A stretch of 64,000 bases of DNA, taken from Cyanophora paradoxa CCMP329 (lineage: Eukaryota; Plantae; Glaucophyta). The stretch is taken from NCBI GenBank assembly GCA_004431415.1, contig QPMI01000434.1, forward strand, positions 62,001 through 126,000. Reading direction: 5' to 3'. Both the position numbers and the translations under genes were made by a program. Shown here one piece after another: positions 22,904-36,000 of the stretch (the first letter of the stretch is position 1; every line of letters begins with the position of its first letter). The notes below the pieces were generated by a model. That model was given only the letters and a program-made list of their open reading frames with translations, ran no database searches and was not told where the DNA came from.

Positions 22904-25076
22904 ATGTACGGACAGCAGCAGCAGTACGGGCGGCCTACCGGCGGATATGCACCGCCACCGCCTGGATCACCGGCCGACTACGGCGTCGGGTTCGGTGCTG
23001 GCCGCACGTCTTACGGGCGTGACAGCTCTGGCCAAGACGTCTATTCGCGTGACGAGGTCCGGGCCGGGCTCAACAAGAAGCCGGCCTCGGAGTGCTGCGG
23101 CTGCATCCCCTTCGGTAGCGACGACTCGCGCGAAGATCCGGCGTTCTCGTCGTATGGACAGCGTCAAGGCGGCGCGTTTTCGAGGCCTGGTTCGTGCCCC
23201 GCCGGCGTCGATGTTCGAGGCCCCAAATCAACTCCTTGTCGCAGGCCGCGGCCCGCCTCCGCCGCCCCCCGATCTGAGCCGCGGGCCGTCTGCGATCATC
23301 CCGCCTGCTCGCGCCGATTCTAACAGCACGCCGACGTTGGAGCTCGAGGGTGACCGCCGTCCCGCCAAGCGAACCTCCGGCCTCGCGAGGCCGCCGGCAC
23401 CGCGTTCGCCCCTTGCGAGGCTCTTATCGCGCTCGTTTCCGCAGGTGCACCGAAGGGCTGGGAGAACCGCGCGCGCCGCCGCAGGACGACTGTCACCTCA
23501 GAAAGGTTGGCCACCCGCGCGCAAGCGTCGCGTTGCGCGGCGAGTCAAGCTGACGGGCGCCGCGCGCAGCCTGCAGGCAGAGGTGCTGGAGCTCGTGTCA
23601 CTCCGGCTGCGCGCGGGGCCCCTGGACTGACGTCGACGCGCGCGCAGGACGCGGCGCGCTACAAGGCGCCCAGGTACCCCAAGGCGGCGCAGGACGTCGA
23701 ACGGATCACGTCGGTGCGGTGCCGTGCGGGGGCGCAGGGGGCGCCGGCGTGGCGTTGACGCCGGCGGGGCGCCAGGTGCTGGGGAAGAACGTCCTCTTCC
23801 TGCACCTGCGCGAGGAGCAGCGCGACGTCGTCGTCGGCGCCATGTTCGAGGCGCGCCCCCGCCCCGCCCCGCCCCGCCCCGCCGCTGCCGCCGGGCGGCG
23901 AGCGCCGGCGCCGGAGCAGGTGCGGAAGTCGGCGGGGGAGATCATCATCAGACAGGGTGAGGACCTCTCGCTTCGCTCGTTCGAATTCCCGTTCCCGCAG
24001 CAGTCACTCAGTCTAGCCACGCAGGCGATCAGGGCGATTATTTCTACATCGTTGAGCAGGGAATCTGGTGCGGGCCCCGCCCCGCCCCGCCCCGCCCGCC
24101 CCGCCCCGCCCGCCCCGCCCGCCCGGCCCCGCCCCGCCCCGCCCCGCCCCGCCGCGCCCCGCCGCGTCCTGGCCTCCTCGGCTGAGGCGGGGCGGGGGGC
24201 AGCGACGTGTTCGTGTCGACGGACGGGCAGCAGCCGCGGCACGTGCTCGAGTGCGGCCCCGGGAAGAGCTTCGGCGAGCTCGCCCTCATGTACAACGCCC
24301 CCCGCGCCGCCACCGTCGTCGTGCGTGGGCCCCCGCCCCCGCCTCCGCCCTCACAGATCCTCTCCTCTGCGCCCCGCCGACGCGCTCGCCTCGCGCAGGC
24401 CCGCTCGGAAGTCCGGCTCTGGGCCCTCGATCGCCTCACCTTCAAGCTCATCCTCATGCAGGCGAGCCGCCCGCCCTTCCCCCTCGCCCGCACCGCCCCG
24501 CAGGCGTCGCTGAGCGGGGCCGCGGCGCGCAGAGCACCGTGCAGCAGCGCTCGCTGCTCAGCGGCTTCGTCGAGAAGGTCCGGCCCCCTCTCGTCGCCAT
24601 GCAGCGACGCGTGAGCACGGGGGGTGAACGCGGCGGGGCGGCAGGTGCCGCTGCTGGCGAACCTGTCGAAGGCGGAGCGGCTGCAGGTGGTGGACGCGCT
24701 GGAGGAGCGCGAGGTCGAGGCCGGGGCCGTCGTCATCGCCCAGGGCGACCCCGGCGACGAGTTCTATATCGTCGAGAAGGGCGAGCTCGTGGCCCTCCAG
24801 TCCCCGGACCCCTCCTCCCGCCCCGTCGAGGTCGGCCGCCTCAAGGCCGGCGACTACTTCGGCGAGATGGCGCTGCTGCACGACCGGCCCCGGGCGGCCA
24901 CGGTGCAGGCGACGACCAAGTGCCGCATCCTCGCCATGCAGCGGGACACCTTCACCCGCCTCATGGGCCCCGTCTCCGACTACATGAACCGCCGCGCCAC
25001 CGCCTACCAGAAGGCCTCCGCCGCCTCCGGCTCCGACGACGGCATCGTCGGCGTCTTCAAGCGCCTCTTCAACTGA
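22904..25076 (+). CDS. cAMP-dependent protein kinase regulatory subunit-like (two cNMP-binding domains)
   Basis: Inhibitor site [10 protein letters not shown]; phosphate-binding cassettes [16 protein letters not shown] and [16 protein letters not shown]; [11 protein letters not shown] and [11 protein letters not shown]; LWALDRLTF. Confidence 0.92.
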
Positions 25077-25281
25077 CCGCCGCCGCGCCCCTGGGCCTCT
25101 ACATCCCCTAGTCCTACTCCTCGGCGGACCGCGCTCGGCCGGCCCCCTCGCTAGTCGCCCGCTTGATGTTTCCGTAGATTCGGTCCGCGCAATGGTGGCC
25201 GTTGCGCGGCAGCACCAGTGGCGTGCACCGATGTTTAGCTAATCTATACTACTAGTATGGTACGCGTGCGGCTGGTGGGGC

Positions 25282-25976
25282 TCAGAGGAGCTCGGGCTCC
25301 TCGGCGAGGTCGAAGGCGGCGTCGTCGAGGGGGGAGGGGGCGGCGTCGGCGCCGGCCTCGCAGCAGAGGGCGCCGCGGAGCTCGACGAACTCGACCTCGT
25401 CGTCCGCCTCGGCCGAGGCGGCGTCGCCCGAGTGGTCCCCGTGGAGCACGTCCTTGAAGTCCGCCGTCAGGTTCGTCCCCGCGTCCTTCACGTACTCCAT
25501 GTCCGACACCCGCCCGTCCCCGTCGTGGTCCATCTGGCCCCCGCTCAGCGGGCGAGCAGAGGGGCCGCCCGCCCGCCAGGGGGCGCCGCACCCCGTTGAA
25601 CTCGACGTCGGTGACGGGGTAGACGGCCTTCACGCGGCAGTCGAAGGGGTCGTGGGGGTCCGCGCGGGGCAGCCACGCCGAGAGGGCCGCGTTGATCTGC
25701 GCGGCGCTCTCTCAGCGGGCGCGGAGGACCGCGGCGTGGTCGGCGTGGCGGCACCGTCGCAAGGTCCGCTGTCGCGTCGGGCTCGTCCAGGCCGATGATC
25801 CTGCGTAGGCGGGCGCGTGAGGCCGACTGTGCCGGGTCCACGCCGGCCCCGCAAACAGGGGAGGCAAGGCTCACTTCTGGATCTTGTGGACCAGCTTGTG
25901 GAAAGCGAGCTGCGGGCAGTCCGACTCAGGGAAGAGCCGTACGAAGCTCGGCTGGACGACTCACGTCCGGGTCCAT
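25282..25976 (-). CDS. Small acidic protein with one EF-hand-like loop; start uncertain
   Basis: Exon chain MDPD|LAFHKLVHKIQK|IIGLDEPD...|MDHDGDGRVSDMEY... The DxDGDGxVSxxE loop is EF-hand-like. Confidence 0.55.
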
Positions 25977-26451
25977 GGTAGCCAGGAACGCTGGGCAAGC
26001 TGCCACAACCTGTGCCGTCGACTGCGCGGGCGCCACAGCCTGCACTCTAGTTTAGCTAGGCGTGCCTTCGGAAAGCGGACGAGCCGAACGAGTTCAGGTC
26101 CAGCGGAAGACGGAAGACGGCTATTAGCTCAAGATCACATTCTTACTAGCATTCGAGCCACCACCGAGCACGCGGAAAGGCCCGGAAGGCCCGTCAGTTA
26201 AAAACTCCCCGACGCTTTCTCGAAACGATGTGCATCGGTCCAAACGCACCGCTGGGGGCGCTGCAGCGGCCGGAGGCGGCGGCATGGCGGCGGTAGCGGA
26301 GAACGGCATGCCTTTCAGGCTGTTTCAGCTAATCGAGGGGTACGCTCTCCTCATTCGTGGGGAAACCAAGCTGCTAGGGCCTCGCTCAGCCTTCTGGAGT
26401 AACGCGAAAAGCATCCAAGCGCAGCGTCTCGTTTCCAGCATCGCGGCATGC

Positions 26452-26487
26452 ATTTCAGACACGACCAACGACATCTGGACTAGCCCT
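26452..26487. repeat. 36-nt dispersed repeat; exact reverse complement of 63560-63595
   Basis: atttcagacacgaccaacgacatctggactagccct versus agggctagtccagatgtcgttggtcgtgtctgaaat. Confidence 0.9.
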
Positions 26488-26733
26488 GGTAGCTGTTTGG
26501 CTAGCAGTGGGCCGCCGGTCGAATCGTAAGGGCTCAGACAGATAGGCAAGTGACGTCGAAAATCGAAATCGAATACCGAAGCTCGAGATCGAAACCTAGG
26601 CCTACTTACCCTACGGGCTTAAGATCAAGAGATCAAAGGTGCGGGCCGTGCCCTGCACCGAGCTGCAGACGCTGGCAGCGCCTAGCTCGTCGTCGGCATG
26701 CAGGCAGGCAGCAGCAGAGGGCCCTGAGCGAAA

Positions 26734-27924
26734 ATGGCATCCAGCAGCATCGCATATGACGCCGATGCGCTTGTCGTCCGCCTCGGCCTCGAGGTGAATA
26801 CGCGCCGTCCACGGGGGCTGAACGGGCCCCAGCCGAGCCGAGCCTTCGCCGCGCGCCGCTGAGCCTCGCTGATATGCTTACTTCAGATTGAAGCGATCTC
26901 GAGCGCGCTATCTAGATCGAAAGAGCTGCGGTGGAGCAGAGGCGTCGAGGGTTCTTTTCAGCGTGTCTCAAGACACCTTCGCATGCTTCACGTACTTTCG
27001 TCGAAGGTGCGTTCCCTCTGCTCATTTCTCCTGTGGCGTTTCTTCGAAGCCTCCTAGAAGCTCCGCTGCTCCAGCCTAGCCGATGAGCGATCCCACGACG
27101 TCGACCGGATACGGCCCGCAGAATCGGGTGCAGCTGCGGGACGCAGAGCGCGCGAAGCGAATCAGGCAGGCGCTTGACTTCGTGCGGCATCAGCTGCAAG
27201 CCTTCACCGCTCCAGCGGGTAACGTGGGGTTCTTGTGCGCGCCCGCTCCGGACCCGGCGTGCGATCACGAGCGGTGCAGCTCACGCCGACGGGGCCGCAG
27301 CCGGAGGATTCTCTCCAGCGGGGCGCCGCTGCCGAGCACGCGTGCGCTGGACTCTGCGATCGGACTGATCGACGCGTGCGCCGCGGAGCTGGAGCAGCAG
27401 GGGGCCGGCGCGGGCGCAGGGGGCGGCGGAGGGGGCCCCGCCGCGCTGTCCCGCGCGAGCTCGGGCACCTTCTCCTCCAGCGGGACCTCGTCCCTGGGGA
27501 TCTTGGAGCAGCAGCAGCAGCAGCCACGACCCTTCCGCCCCCCCGTTCCCCGCGCCAGCCGCCGCCTCTCCTCCCGCGTCTCCTCGGTGCGCGAGCAGCC
27601 TGGGCCGGCCCCCGCACCCGCCCCCGCACCCGCCCGCCCGACACCGCGCGGCAGGAATTCTCGCGGGGGGAGGCGGGGGCGGGGCAGCAGGAGGGCCAGC
27701 AGGCCGCCGGTGCGGCCGGCGAGTCGGTGCTGGTGCGGGAGCAGCGCGCGGGGTACAGGCTCCAGGTGCTCGGGGCAGCCTCCGCCGGGCCGAGCGGGGC
27801 GGGGGCGTCGCCGTACGCCCCTCCGGCGCCGGCGCCTCTCCACCCGCAGCTCGCCGAGAGCTTCGTCCGGGCCCGCCCCAAGGCCTCCTCCGACCCCAAC
27901 GTCGTCTCCATCGTCCTCTCCTGA
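26734..27924 (+). CDS. Hypothetical protein (helical N-terminus, low-complexity C-terminus)
   Basis: aaaATG start, MASSSIAYDADALVVRLGLE|IEAISSALSRSKELRW... with plausible GT-AG junctions. Ends SDPNVVSIVLS*. Confidence 0.5.
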
Positions 27925-28224
27925 CGGCCCCCGCCCGCCGCCTCCGCCCGCCCCCTGCGGCTTCCTCGCTTTGCCCTCGTCTTCGCTTTGAGCGTTTCGC
28001 CCCGAGGCTCGACTCGGCCCGAGGTGCGGCGCAGTTTACGTATGCTTCAAATTTAGCGCTTTGCATTTTCGAATTTCTTTGTACAGTGCTTCATCTTCAC
28101 ATGCACAGATATCGATAGGTAGATAAACGTAGCTTAAGACTCCGGAAAATTGAATTTCTGCACCTGAAGCTGGCCTGCACCTAACCTTGATCTAGATCTC
28201 TGTCTCCTGGTTGCAAGTGAACAG

Positions 28225-29379
28225 CTAGGGGGCGGGCGGGGCGGGGAGGGCGGGCCCCTTCATGAAGGCCTCGGCCTCGTTGCGGAGGGCCCACCAGGCG
28301 TCGCAGAGGGGCTGTATGCCGTCGCAGAGGCCCGGGAGCCAGGGCTTGATGATGGCGAAGTGGAGGACCTTGGCGCCGGCGGCGTCCCAGAGGTGGCCCC
28401 GGTTCCCCTCCTCCCGCTGGGGCACCATCGTCAGCGGCATCATGTCGTAGCGGACGGGCAGGACGGTGAAGCGCGACCCGAAGTAGCGGTTCAGCAGCGC
28501 CTGCTCCAGGGGCCCCAGGTACGTCGCCCCCTCCCGCACCGCCGGGCAGTTCTGCTTGCCGGGGAGGAAGCAGCCGGGGGTGCGCGCGTACTCCATGCGC
28601 GGGGCGTCCCAGGGGGTCGAGAGGCGCAGCAGCTCCGCGAAGTCCTCCGCCGAGGGCCGCATCACCAGCACGCCCCCGTTCACCGTCACCCCGAACTCCG
28701 TCGTCTGGAACAGGCCCATGTCGATCACGCCTGCACGCCCCGCCCGCCCGCGGCGCCCGCTCAGAGAGGGGCGAGGCGGGCGGCGGGCGAAGGGGAGCCC
28801 GGGGGCGTGGGGCACACCGCAGGGCGGGTGGCAGTCGAAGAGCTCGTCGGCGTTCTGCACGACGATCGCGTCGGAGTCCATCCAGACGAGCCTCTTGTAC
28901 TCCGTGAGCTGGAAGAGCCGCAGCTTCGTGAAGACGCCGGCGACCTGCCCCTGCCTGAAGGTTGAATCTGTTAGCTCAGGCTGGCTTAAGAATCTCTTGA
29001 ATTTTACCCCAGCGGACTTGTCGCGGACGGGATCTCGATGGGGTCCACGACGACCACGCGGTCGAAGAAGAGGGAGAGCATGAGGCGCTCGATTTCCGGG
29101 ACCTCGGGCGTCACCATGCACACGAGCTGGCACGGCGCGTTAGCCAGGCGTGCGATCGGTGCCTCGATCGAAAACGCGACTGACTTGGCGCGTGGTGTTC
29201 GTCTTGAGCAGGCTGTACGCGAGGACGACCGCTCCGGTCACGCACTCGCTATTCGTCGCCAGCGTGATCCACGCCTCGCCCTCGACGGAGCGCATGTGCG
29301 CGTGGGGCGCCCGCTGCGCCAGCGCGTGCTGCGCATGCCCGCCCAGCAGCGCCAGCAAGAAGAGTCCCAGCCACGGCAT
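28225..29379 (-). CDS. Glycosyltransferase family 8 (glycogenin-like) with signal peptide
   Basis: MPWLGLFLLALL signal; AWITLATNSECVTGAVVLAYSL; FTKLRLFQLTEYKRLVWMDSD (DxD); NGGVLVMRPS; EQALLNRYF; VLHFAIIKPW. Confidence 0.92.
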
Positions 29380-29663
29380 CCCCCGCTTGCCCGATGGGCA
29401 CTAGCTATCGGAAGTCTGCAAACATTGCCGCTCGCCACTCCTCGCCGGCGCAGGCTCGGTCAGAATCACCCTGAGCAATAGACACTCCCAGGATTCGAAC
29501 CGTGAGACCCTCCGCGATCTGGTTGGCGGGCTCGGGGTACACCCGCCGATCTGCTTGGCGGGCTCGGGCGGGCGAGGCGAGGCGCCCAAGGCGACCGCCT
29601 TCGCGAGCTCTCACCAGCGTTTTGAATTGGGCTGAAGCCACCGAGCTGCTTCGAGCGGCCGCG

Positions 29664-32380
29664 ATGGCGGACCTGGAGCACTCGCTCGACTACGGTGCCC
29701 TTGCTGCGATCTGCGTGGGCGCCGTCGCCTCACGTCGTGCGCAGTGCTGCTCCGGATCCATGTACGGGCCACGCGGGCGATCCTGCGCTATGTCACGCCC
29801 GCGATGATGGACCTCGTGCTGCACTTCAGCTTCTTCATCGCCGTGACGCTCGTATGCGTCCTCCTGGAGCTGCACCTGACCTTCGTGGGCCAGGCACGTT
29901 CTCCCCTGCGCCGCGCCGCTTGCTGCGCTGATGCGCCGCAGCCGAGCTGCCTGGCGGAGAAGCTGCCGCCCGAAGTGCGTGCAGACATCCACGTGCTGCG
30001 GATCAAGGTGCCAGGCCGCGCGCCCAGCTGATCGCCGCCCCGGCGCGCCGACTCGCCGGCGCGGCTCGCCGGCAGATCCGCAGCACGTGGTCGACGATCG
30101 CTAACAAGATCGACCACCTGGTGCGGGAGGTCCACGCCGAGTCGCAAGGCTCCGCCTCGGGCTCGGGCGAGCCCGCCGGCCGGCCGCCGGCCAAGCCGCC
30201 CGAGGGCGGAGACCCGCAGGCCGTGCGCCGCCCCGCCGCCCCGCCCCCGCCGGCGTCCGACGGTGGCCCGGGCAGGCGGAGGCGGCGCGGTTGCCGATGC
30301 AGGGGTCGCTCGAGGGGATCATCCGGCGCTTCGTGCGCGGGCTCGACGAGAGTGCGCCCCGGACCCCCGCGCCGCTCGAGCGCGCCGCTTACGCGTACTT
30401 AGGCGAAATCCTGTCTCTGGAGCCCGCCTACGAATTCTCCCTCGAGAAGGGGTACGCGCCCATCTCAAGTGCCGCGTGGGGCCTTCCCCTGGAGGCGCCC
30501 CGCCGACGAGGGGGCCGGCAGGTTCCTGCTGACGAGCCCCGTGGCGCGGGCGCGGCACAACATCACGATGGCGGAGGTCGACCTCGAGTCGGACGACGCC
30601 TGCCTGGGCAACAAGTGCGCCGCCCTACCCCGCCCCCGCCCGCCCCCGCCGAGCCTTCGTCCGCAGGGGCCTCCGCTTCCTCGTGGAGCACCTGGTGGGG
30701 TACGACACCATCGTCACCAACGCCATGCTCTCCCTCTACGGCGGCCGCGGTCAGCGCCTGTACCCCCAACTCCACCGCCGCTGTATCCCCTCACCCCCCT
30801 GAACTGTGGCAGGGTACCTGCTGACGACGCGGGGCTCCCGGGAGCTCTACGACCTGAACTACGCGGCGGAGCTGGACGCCGCGAAGGGCACCCTCCTCGG
30901 TCCGCCGGCCCCGTGCGAGCGCGCCGGGCAGCGCTCGTTGAGGGCGGCTCGGTGCGGGGCAGACTACTTCGCGCTGAAGGCGGGGGTCTTCCTCACCTCG
31001 GCCTTCCTCCTCGTGACCTCCTGCACTCTCGTCTCCTTCTGCTTCCGCGAGGCCCAGCTCCGCATCCTCCGCTTTGCCCTCACCCTTCAGGCCCGCCCCC
31101 CCGGCCCTCCTTGCGCCCTTCCCTGCCGTCGAGCGGGGTGCAGGGGCACCTGCGGGAGCGGCGGCCGGTGGGGCCCCTCGTCGCGGCCCACGTGCTCGAG
31201 TCCCTCGTCTTCGTCCCCGTGCGCTTCCGCGCCCCCGCCTGCCCAGCGCGCGGCCTCTCTGAGGCGGGGGCGGGGCAGATCGTGATCGGGGTGGTGTTCT
31301 TCCTGATGGAGTTCACGGACGACCAGCTGCTCGCCTTCCTCGCCATCACCGCCGTCTGGGGCGCCGAGATCTTCGCCCTCGTCGCGTCCGCGCCCCGCCC
31401 CCGCCCCCGCCCCGCCCCCGCCCCGCCCCGCTAGCTACGACCATCCTTGGGGGACGCGCTCTTCTGGCGGCGCGGGGGCGCGGGGGCCGGCCCCCGACCT
31501 GGGGCGGGGCGACGGGGCGCAGGGTGCGGACGCCGACCTCGATGGCCTTCTTCCCCAAGTTCTTCTGCATCTACCACGCCCTCTTCTACATGTGACCCCC
31601 CTCGTGACGCCCCGTGCGGTGCGCGCTGTCTGACGGCGGCGGGCGGCCGCTGCGCGCAGGTACTTCTTCTCGTTCCCCTTCGGGTTCACGTACGTGGCGT
31701 TCGCGGCCTCGGCGGCCCTGCTCGTCCACGCCGGCCTCTTCTTCTGGTCCCGCCCTTCTGCTTCCTCGACGCCTCCAAACCCTTTGAGGCTCACGCCGCC
31801 CCTCAGGTCCCGCTACGAGGCCGCCGCGGTCGCCTCGGGCGCCGTCTCCCTCCTCCGGCCCCGCCCGGGCGGCCCGCCCGAGGACTCCCGCCCCCTCCCG
31901 CCGCGCCCCGAGGCCCCCATCCGGGGCAACCTCAGCGCCTCCTCCCTCTCCGAGGCCGAGTCGTCCGAGGGCGGCCCCCTCGCCGCCCGCGCTGCCGGCA
32001 CCGCCCCCGGCGAGGGCCTCCGCCACCGCCACCCCCGGCCCGCCCCGCCCTCCCCGGCCCCCCGGGAGCGCCCCGAGGGCTCCCCCGAGCCCCGCTGGAG
32101 CCTGGCCCCCGCTGGCGGCGCCCCGCCCCGCCCCGACCCCGACCTCTCCCAGGCATCCCCCTCGCCGCCCCGCGGGCGGGGCACCCTCTCCGCGGGCTCG
32201 CTCCACAGGGGGTACCGCACGCCGTCGGGGGCGTCGCTGGTGATGTACGGCGGCTACGGGGGCCACAGCCCGCTTGACGGGCGCTCGTCGCCGGACAGCG
32301 AGCCCCTCTCCTCGGGCGAGGGGCCCGGGCAGGCCCCCGCGGGGGAGCCCCCCTCCGGCGACCTCCCCCCCTGGCGCTAG
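29664..32380 (+). CDS. Membralin (TMEM259) family ER membrane protein
   Basis: YEFSLEKGFL, ARHNIT, LVGYDTIVTN, LVSFCFREAQLR, ESLVFVPIVIGVVFFLMEFTDDQLLAF, VRTPTSMAFFPKFF, YFFSFPFGF. Confidence 0.9.
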
Positions 32381-33058
32381 CCGCTAGCACTGCGGTTAAA
32401 GCTGCTTCGAAGGATGCCTTCGATATCGGGGAGATATCGACTGGGGGTGGGAGGCCGAGGGTTCCGAGAGGCCGCGGACGGCGATCACGAGCCTCGGGGA
32501 GCCCTCGCGATCGCCATCGAGCCCGCCGGCCTAGAGCTACTGGCAGCGCTCCGAGGCTCCAAGTGCGACCCGGCTTCCCGGGGCCCGGGCCCTGGTCGCG
32601 TCTCCACCCATGTTTGACGATCCCTCCGGATCCAGGGATCCGGATCCGTATCCCGAATCACTCTTTCCAACTTGCAAGCGATGTTCTACAGTTGAGATCC
32701 GATGCATGATGATCAATCATGCAGAGACCGTCGGACCGCTTACTAAGTTAGAGCAACGCATCAATGGCATCCCTGTCAGGTTGCCAAACCTCACTGAGTC
32801 AGGGGCCTTGAAGTTGCACGCCCTGCATGCCGCCGTGCGGCCGGTGCCATGCGTGCAGCCGGGCACCCCGCCGGGCCCCTAATCGTGAGCACGGAGGATG
32901 CAGATCATCGAATGTCACGTGTGTCTTTTCGAAATTCCTAGCTTCCGAGTTCTAGGCTACTGAGTTACGTGCACGTGCAGGGGGCTAGCAACAGAGACTA
33001 CAGCTAAGGGCCGTCGGAGCAGGCCGGTCCTCAAAGGAGCAGACCGGCGCGGGGCCCC

Positions 33059-36000
33059 TCAGACGGCGACGAAGGTGCCGGAGGAGGAGGGGGCGCGGCC
33101 CCAGCCGCCCCCGACGGCCGCCGCGCGGGCCCGGCGCAGCTCGGCGACGCGCACGAGGGCGGGGTTCTGGTAGGGGGCCCCCCCGCAGGGCCCCGCAGCC
33201 GCCGCGCCGGCGAGGACGTCGTCGAGGGCGGGCGGCACGGGCCCCCGCCGCTCCTCCCGCTCCTCCCAGCCGCCGCGGAAGGAGGGGGAGTCGTCCTCGG
33301 GGGCGCCGTGGGCGTGGGCGGGGGCGACGGAGGCGGAGCGGTGGCGGCGCAGGACGAGGAACCAGGCCACGACCGTCGCCGGCACCGCCAGCCCCAGGAA
33401 GACCTGCGGGGGGGGAGGTTGGGGAGAGGGGAGGAGGACGAGGCGGGGGTCGGGGGGCGGAGGGGCGGACGAGGGCGCGGAGGCGGGAGGCGAGGTAGGC
33501 GGAGTTGCAGAGCTGGAAGAGGGCGAGGGCCCCGTAGGCGAAGCCCAGCGCCGCGCGGGAGAGGCGGCCCGAGACGACCGGCTCCGGGTCGAAGACGAGG
33601 GCCACCTGGAGCTGCCGGCGGAGGCGGGACCCCGAGTCAGAGGGGAAGGGGGCGAGAGGAGGGGCCGGCGGGGGGGGCGCCTTGTCGAGGGGGATGCGCG
33701 TGGCGAAGAAGAAGGCGCATGTAAATGAAACGAGAGGGTTCGTGATGCCGAGCGTCAGCCCTGCCGGCCGGCACCGTGGGCGCGGGGCGCGGGGCGGGGC
33801 GGCCGGGAGGCGGGGCGGGGCGGGGGCACCGATGGCGAAGAGGAGGGCGTGCCAGGCGTAGCTGAGCTCGAAGGGGAAGCGGTCGGCGTCGGGGTCCGCC
33901 TTCGGCCGCACCGCCAGCAGCGGCCCCGAGCCGGCCGCCCCGTCGCCCCCCGACCGCAGCGGCGTCCCCGGCGGCGTCGGGCCCGCCTCCTCCCCCGGGC
34001 CCGGGCCCAGGGGGCGGCGCTGGGAGGGGAGGGGCCGGGGCGGGGCGGGGGCGGGGCCGGGGGCGGGAGAGCCGCGAAGGCGGCGGAGGAGGGCGCGGGT
34101 GAGGGCGACGGGGCGGAGGACGTCGACGGCGTTCACGGTGAAGATCCACTGCAGCAGGTACCTGCGCCCGCACCAAACGATGATCTTGCGTGCGAGGGAT
34201 CGCAGGTGCGGAGATCTGGAAGGGCGGGGGCGGGGCGGACACGACGAAGAAGGTGGAGGAGGCGGCGACGACGGCCCCGGCGACCTCCTCGGGCGTCCGC
34301 AGCGCGTCCGAGCCCGGGCCGGGGCCCCCCGGCGCCCCCGTGAGCACGGAGACGAGCTGCACCACCGAGAGGCCCGTCGCGGTGAGGATGAACGCTGCGC
34401 GCGCGCGGGCGTGAGGGCGGCCGGCCTGGGGCGAGGCCCTGGCAGCAGCCCGGGGCGGCGGCGGGGGCGGACTGTTGAGCAGGAGGAAGGAAAAGAAGTA
34501 GCGGGCGGTGGTGCGCCGCTCCGAGGAGACCAGCGCGTGACCCTGCGCCCGCGAGAGCGCTGCCCGCCCCCGCCCGCCTCGGCGCCTCGCAGTGGCGGGG
34601 GGCGGGGGCGGGCGGGGCGGGGCGGACCGGCGAGGAATCTGGGTAAAATTGCGTAAAAAACCACCAACATGAGGGAGGGGAGGTAGGCCGAGCTGGAGGC
34701 GGCCGCGCGGGTCAGAGAACGGCCCCTGCCAGAACGGCCATCGCGGGGGCGGGGGCGGGGCGGGCGCACAAGAGGGAGCGGCGGGTGGAGTCGGGCCCGC
34801 CGAAGACGCCGTTCATCGCCCCGCCCACGACGGGCAGCTGCCGGCGCGCGCGTCGGCTCCGGCGGGAGCTCGGAGGGAAGGGAGAAGCACCTGCTCGTAG
34901 TGCTGGAGGACGGAGAGGTAGGCGACGGGGACCGTCCAGAAGGCGGAGAGGAGGAAGAGCAGAGCGCCGCCCAGCAGCGCCCGCACCCGGTGCGTCCGCC
35001 GCGTCTCCGGCGCCAGGTGCTCCTGCCCCCGCGCGACCGCATCGAGGCGTGAGGTTCTCGGTCTGAGCGGGGAGCGGGCTCGCGCTGCCGGACCCAGACG
35101 ATGTCCTGCCGCCGCGGGGTCAGGGCCGGGGGGCAGAGTCTGGCTGGGGCAGCTCCTCCCAGGGGGCGCACGCGGGGGTCCGGGGCGTGGGACATGCGGA
35201 TGCCGAGGGTGGCGCGGGGCTGGGGCACCCGCCGCTCGCCCCAGTCGCGGAGGGCCGCCTCCGCCTCCTCCGCCGAGCGGAAGGTCACGAAGCCCGTCCC
35301 CGTGCCCCGGCCCCGCGACGCCTGCCTCCCCGCACCCCCGTCAGCGGCGGCCGCCCCCGCGGGAGGAGGGAGAGAGCGGGGCGGGCGCCTGCAGGTCCAC
35401 GTAGCTCGTCATCTCCTCGAACCGTATCGCCTCGCGCTGCCAGAGCGCTCGGAATCAGATGGAACGAAGGGAGATCGTCCGATGCTCGGCCCCCCGCGCA
35501 CCAAGGCGCAGGCCTCGGGCCGGGGCGGCTGCAGCCCCGCGAGGCGCCCGAAGAAGCCGAGCCTGGCCCGCCCCGCCCCCGCCCGCGTCAGGAAGAAGGG
35601 GGGGCGCGGGGGAGGCGGGGGGCGGGCTTGGGGGCGCGGCCGGAGGCGGAGGCCAGGCGGTCGTCCAGCGCCCCCTCGTACGCTGCGGGGCCCCGGCCGC
35701 GCGTCAGGAGGGGCAGCCGCCACCCCGCTCCACGCGGTCGCGAGGCGCACCTGCGATCTTCTCGGGGAGGTCCTGCATGTCGAGCGCGTAGCGCGCCGAC
35801 TCCACGCCCCCCGGCTTCCCGAACGAGAGCTTCGCGAAGAAGAACCTGCCCTCAAATCCGAAGAATGAGATCGCGCCCGGGCGGGCGGGCGGGGCGGGCG
35901 GCGTGGTGCGCGCCGCGCGAAGGAAGCGTCGTCCGTAACTTCATTGCGGGGGAGACCGGTGACCAGCACGGTGCGCGCGATGCTCGCGGCGGGGCACAGG

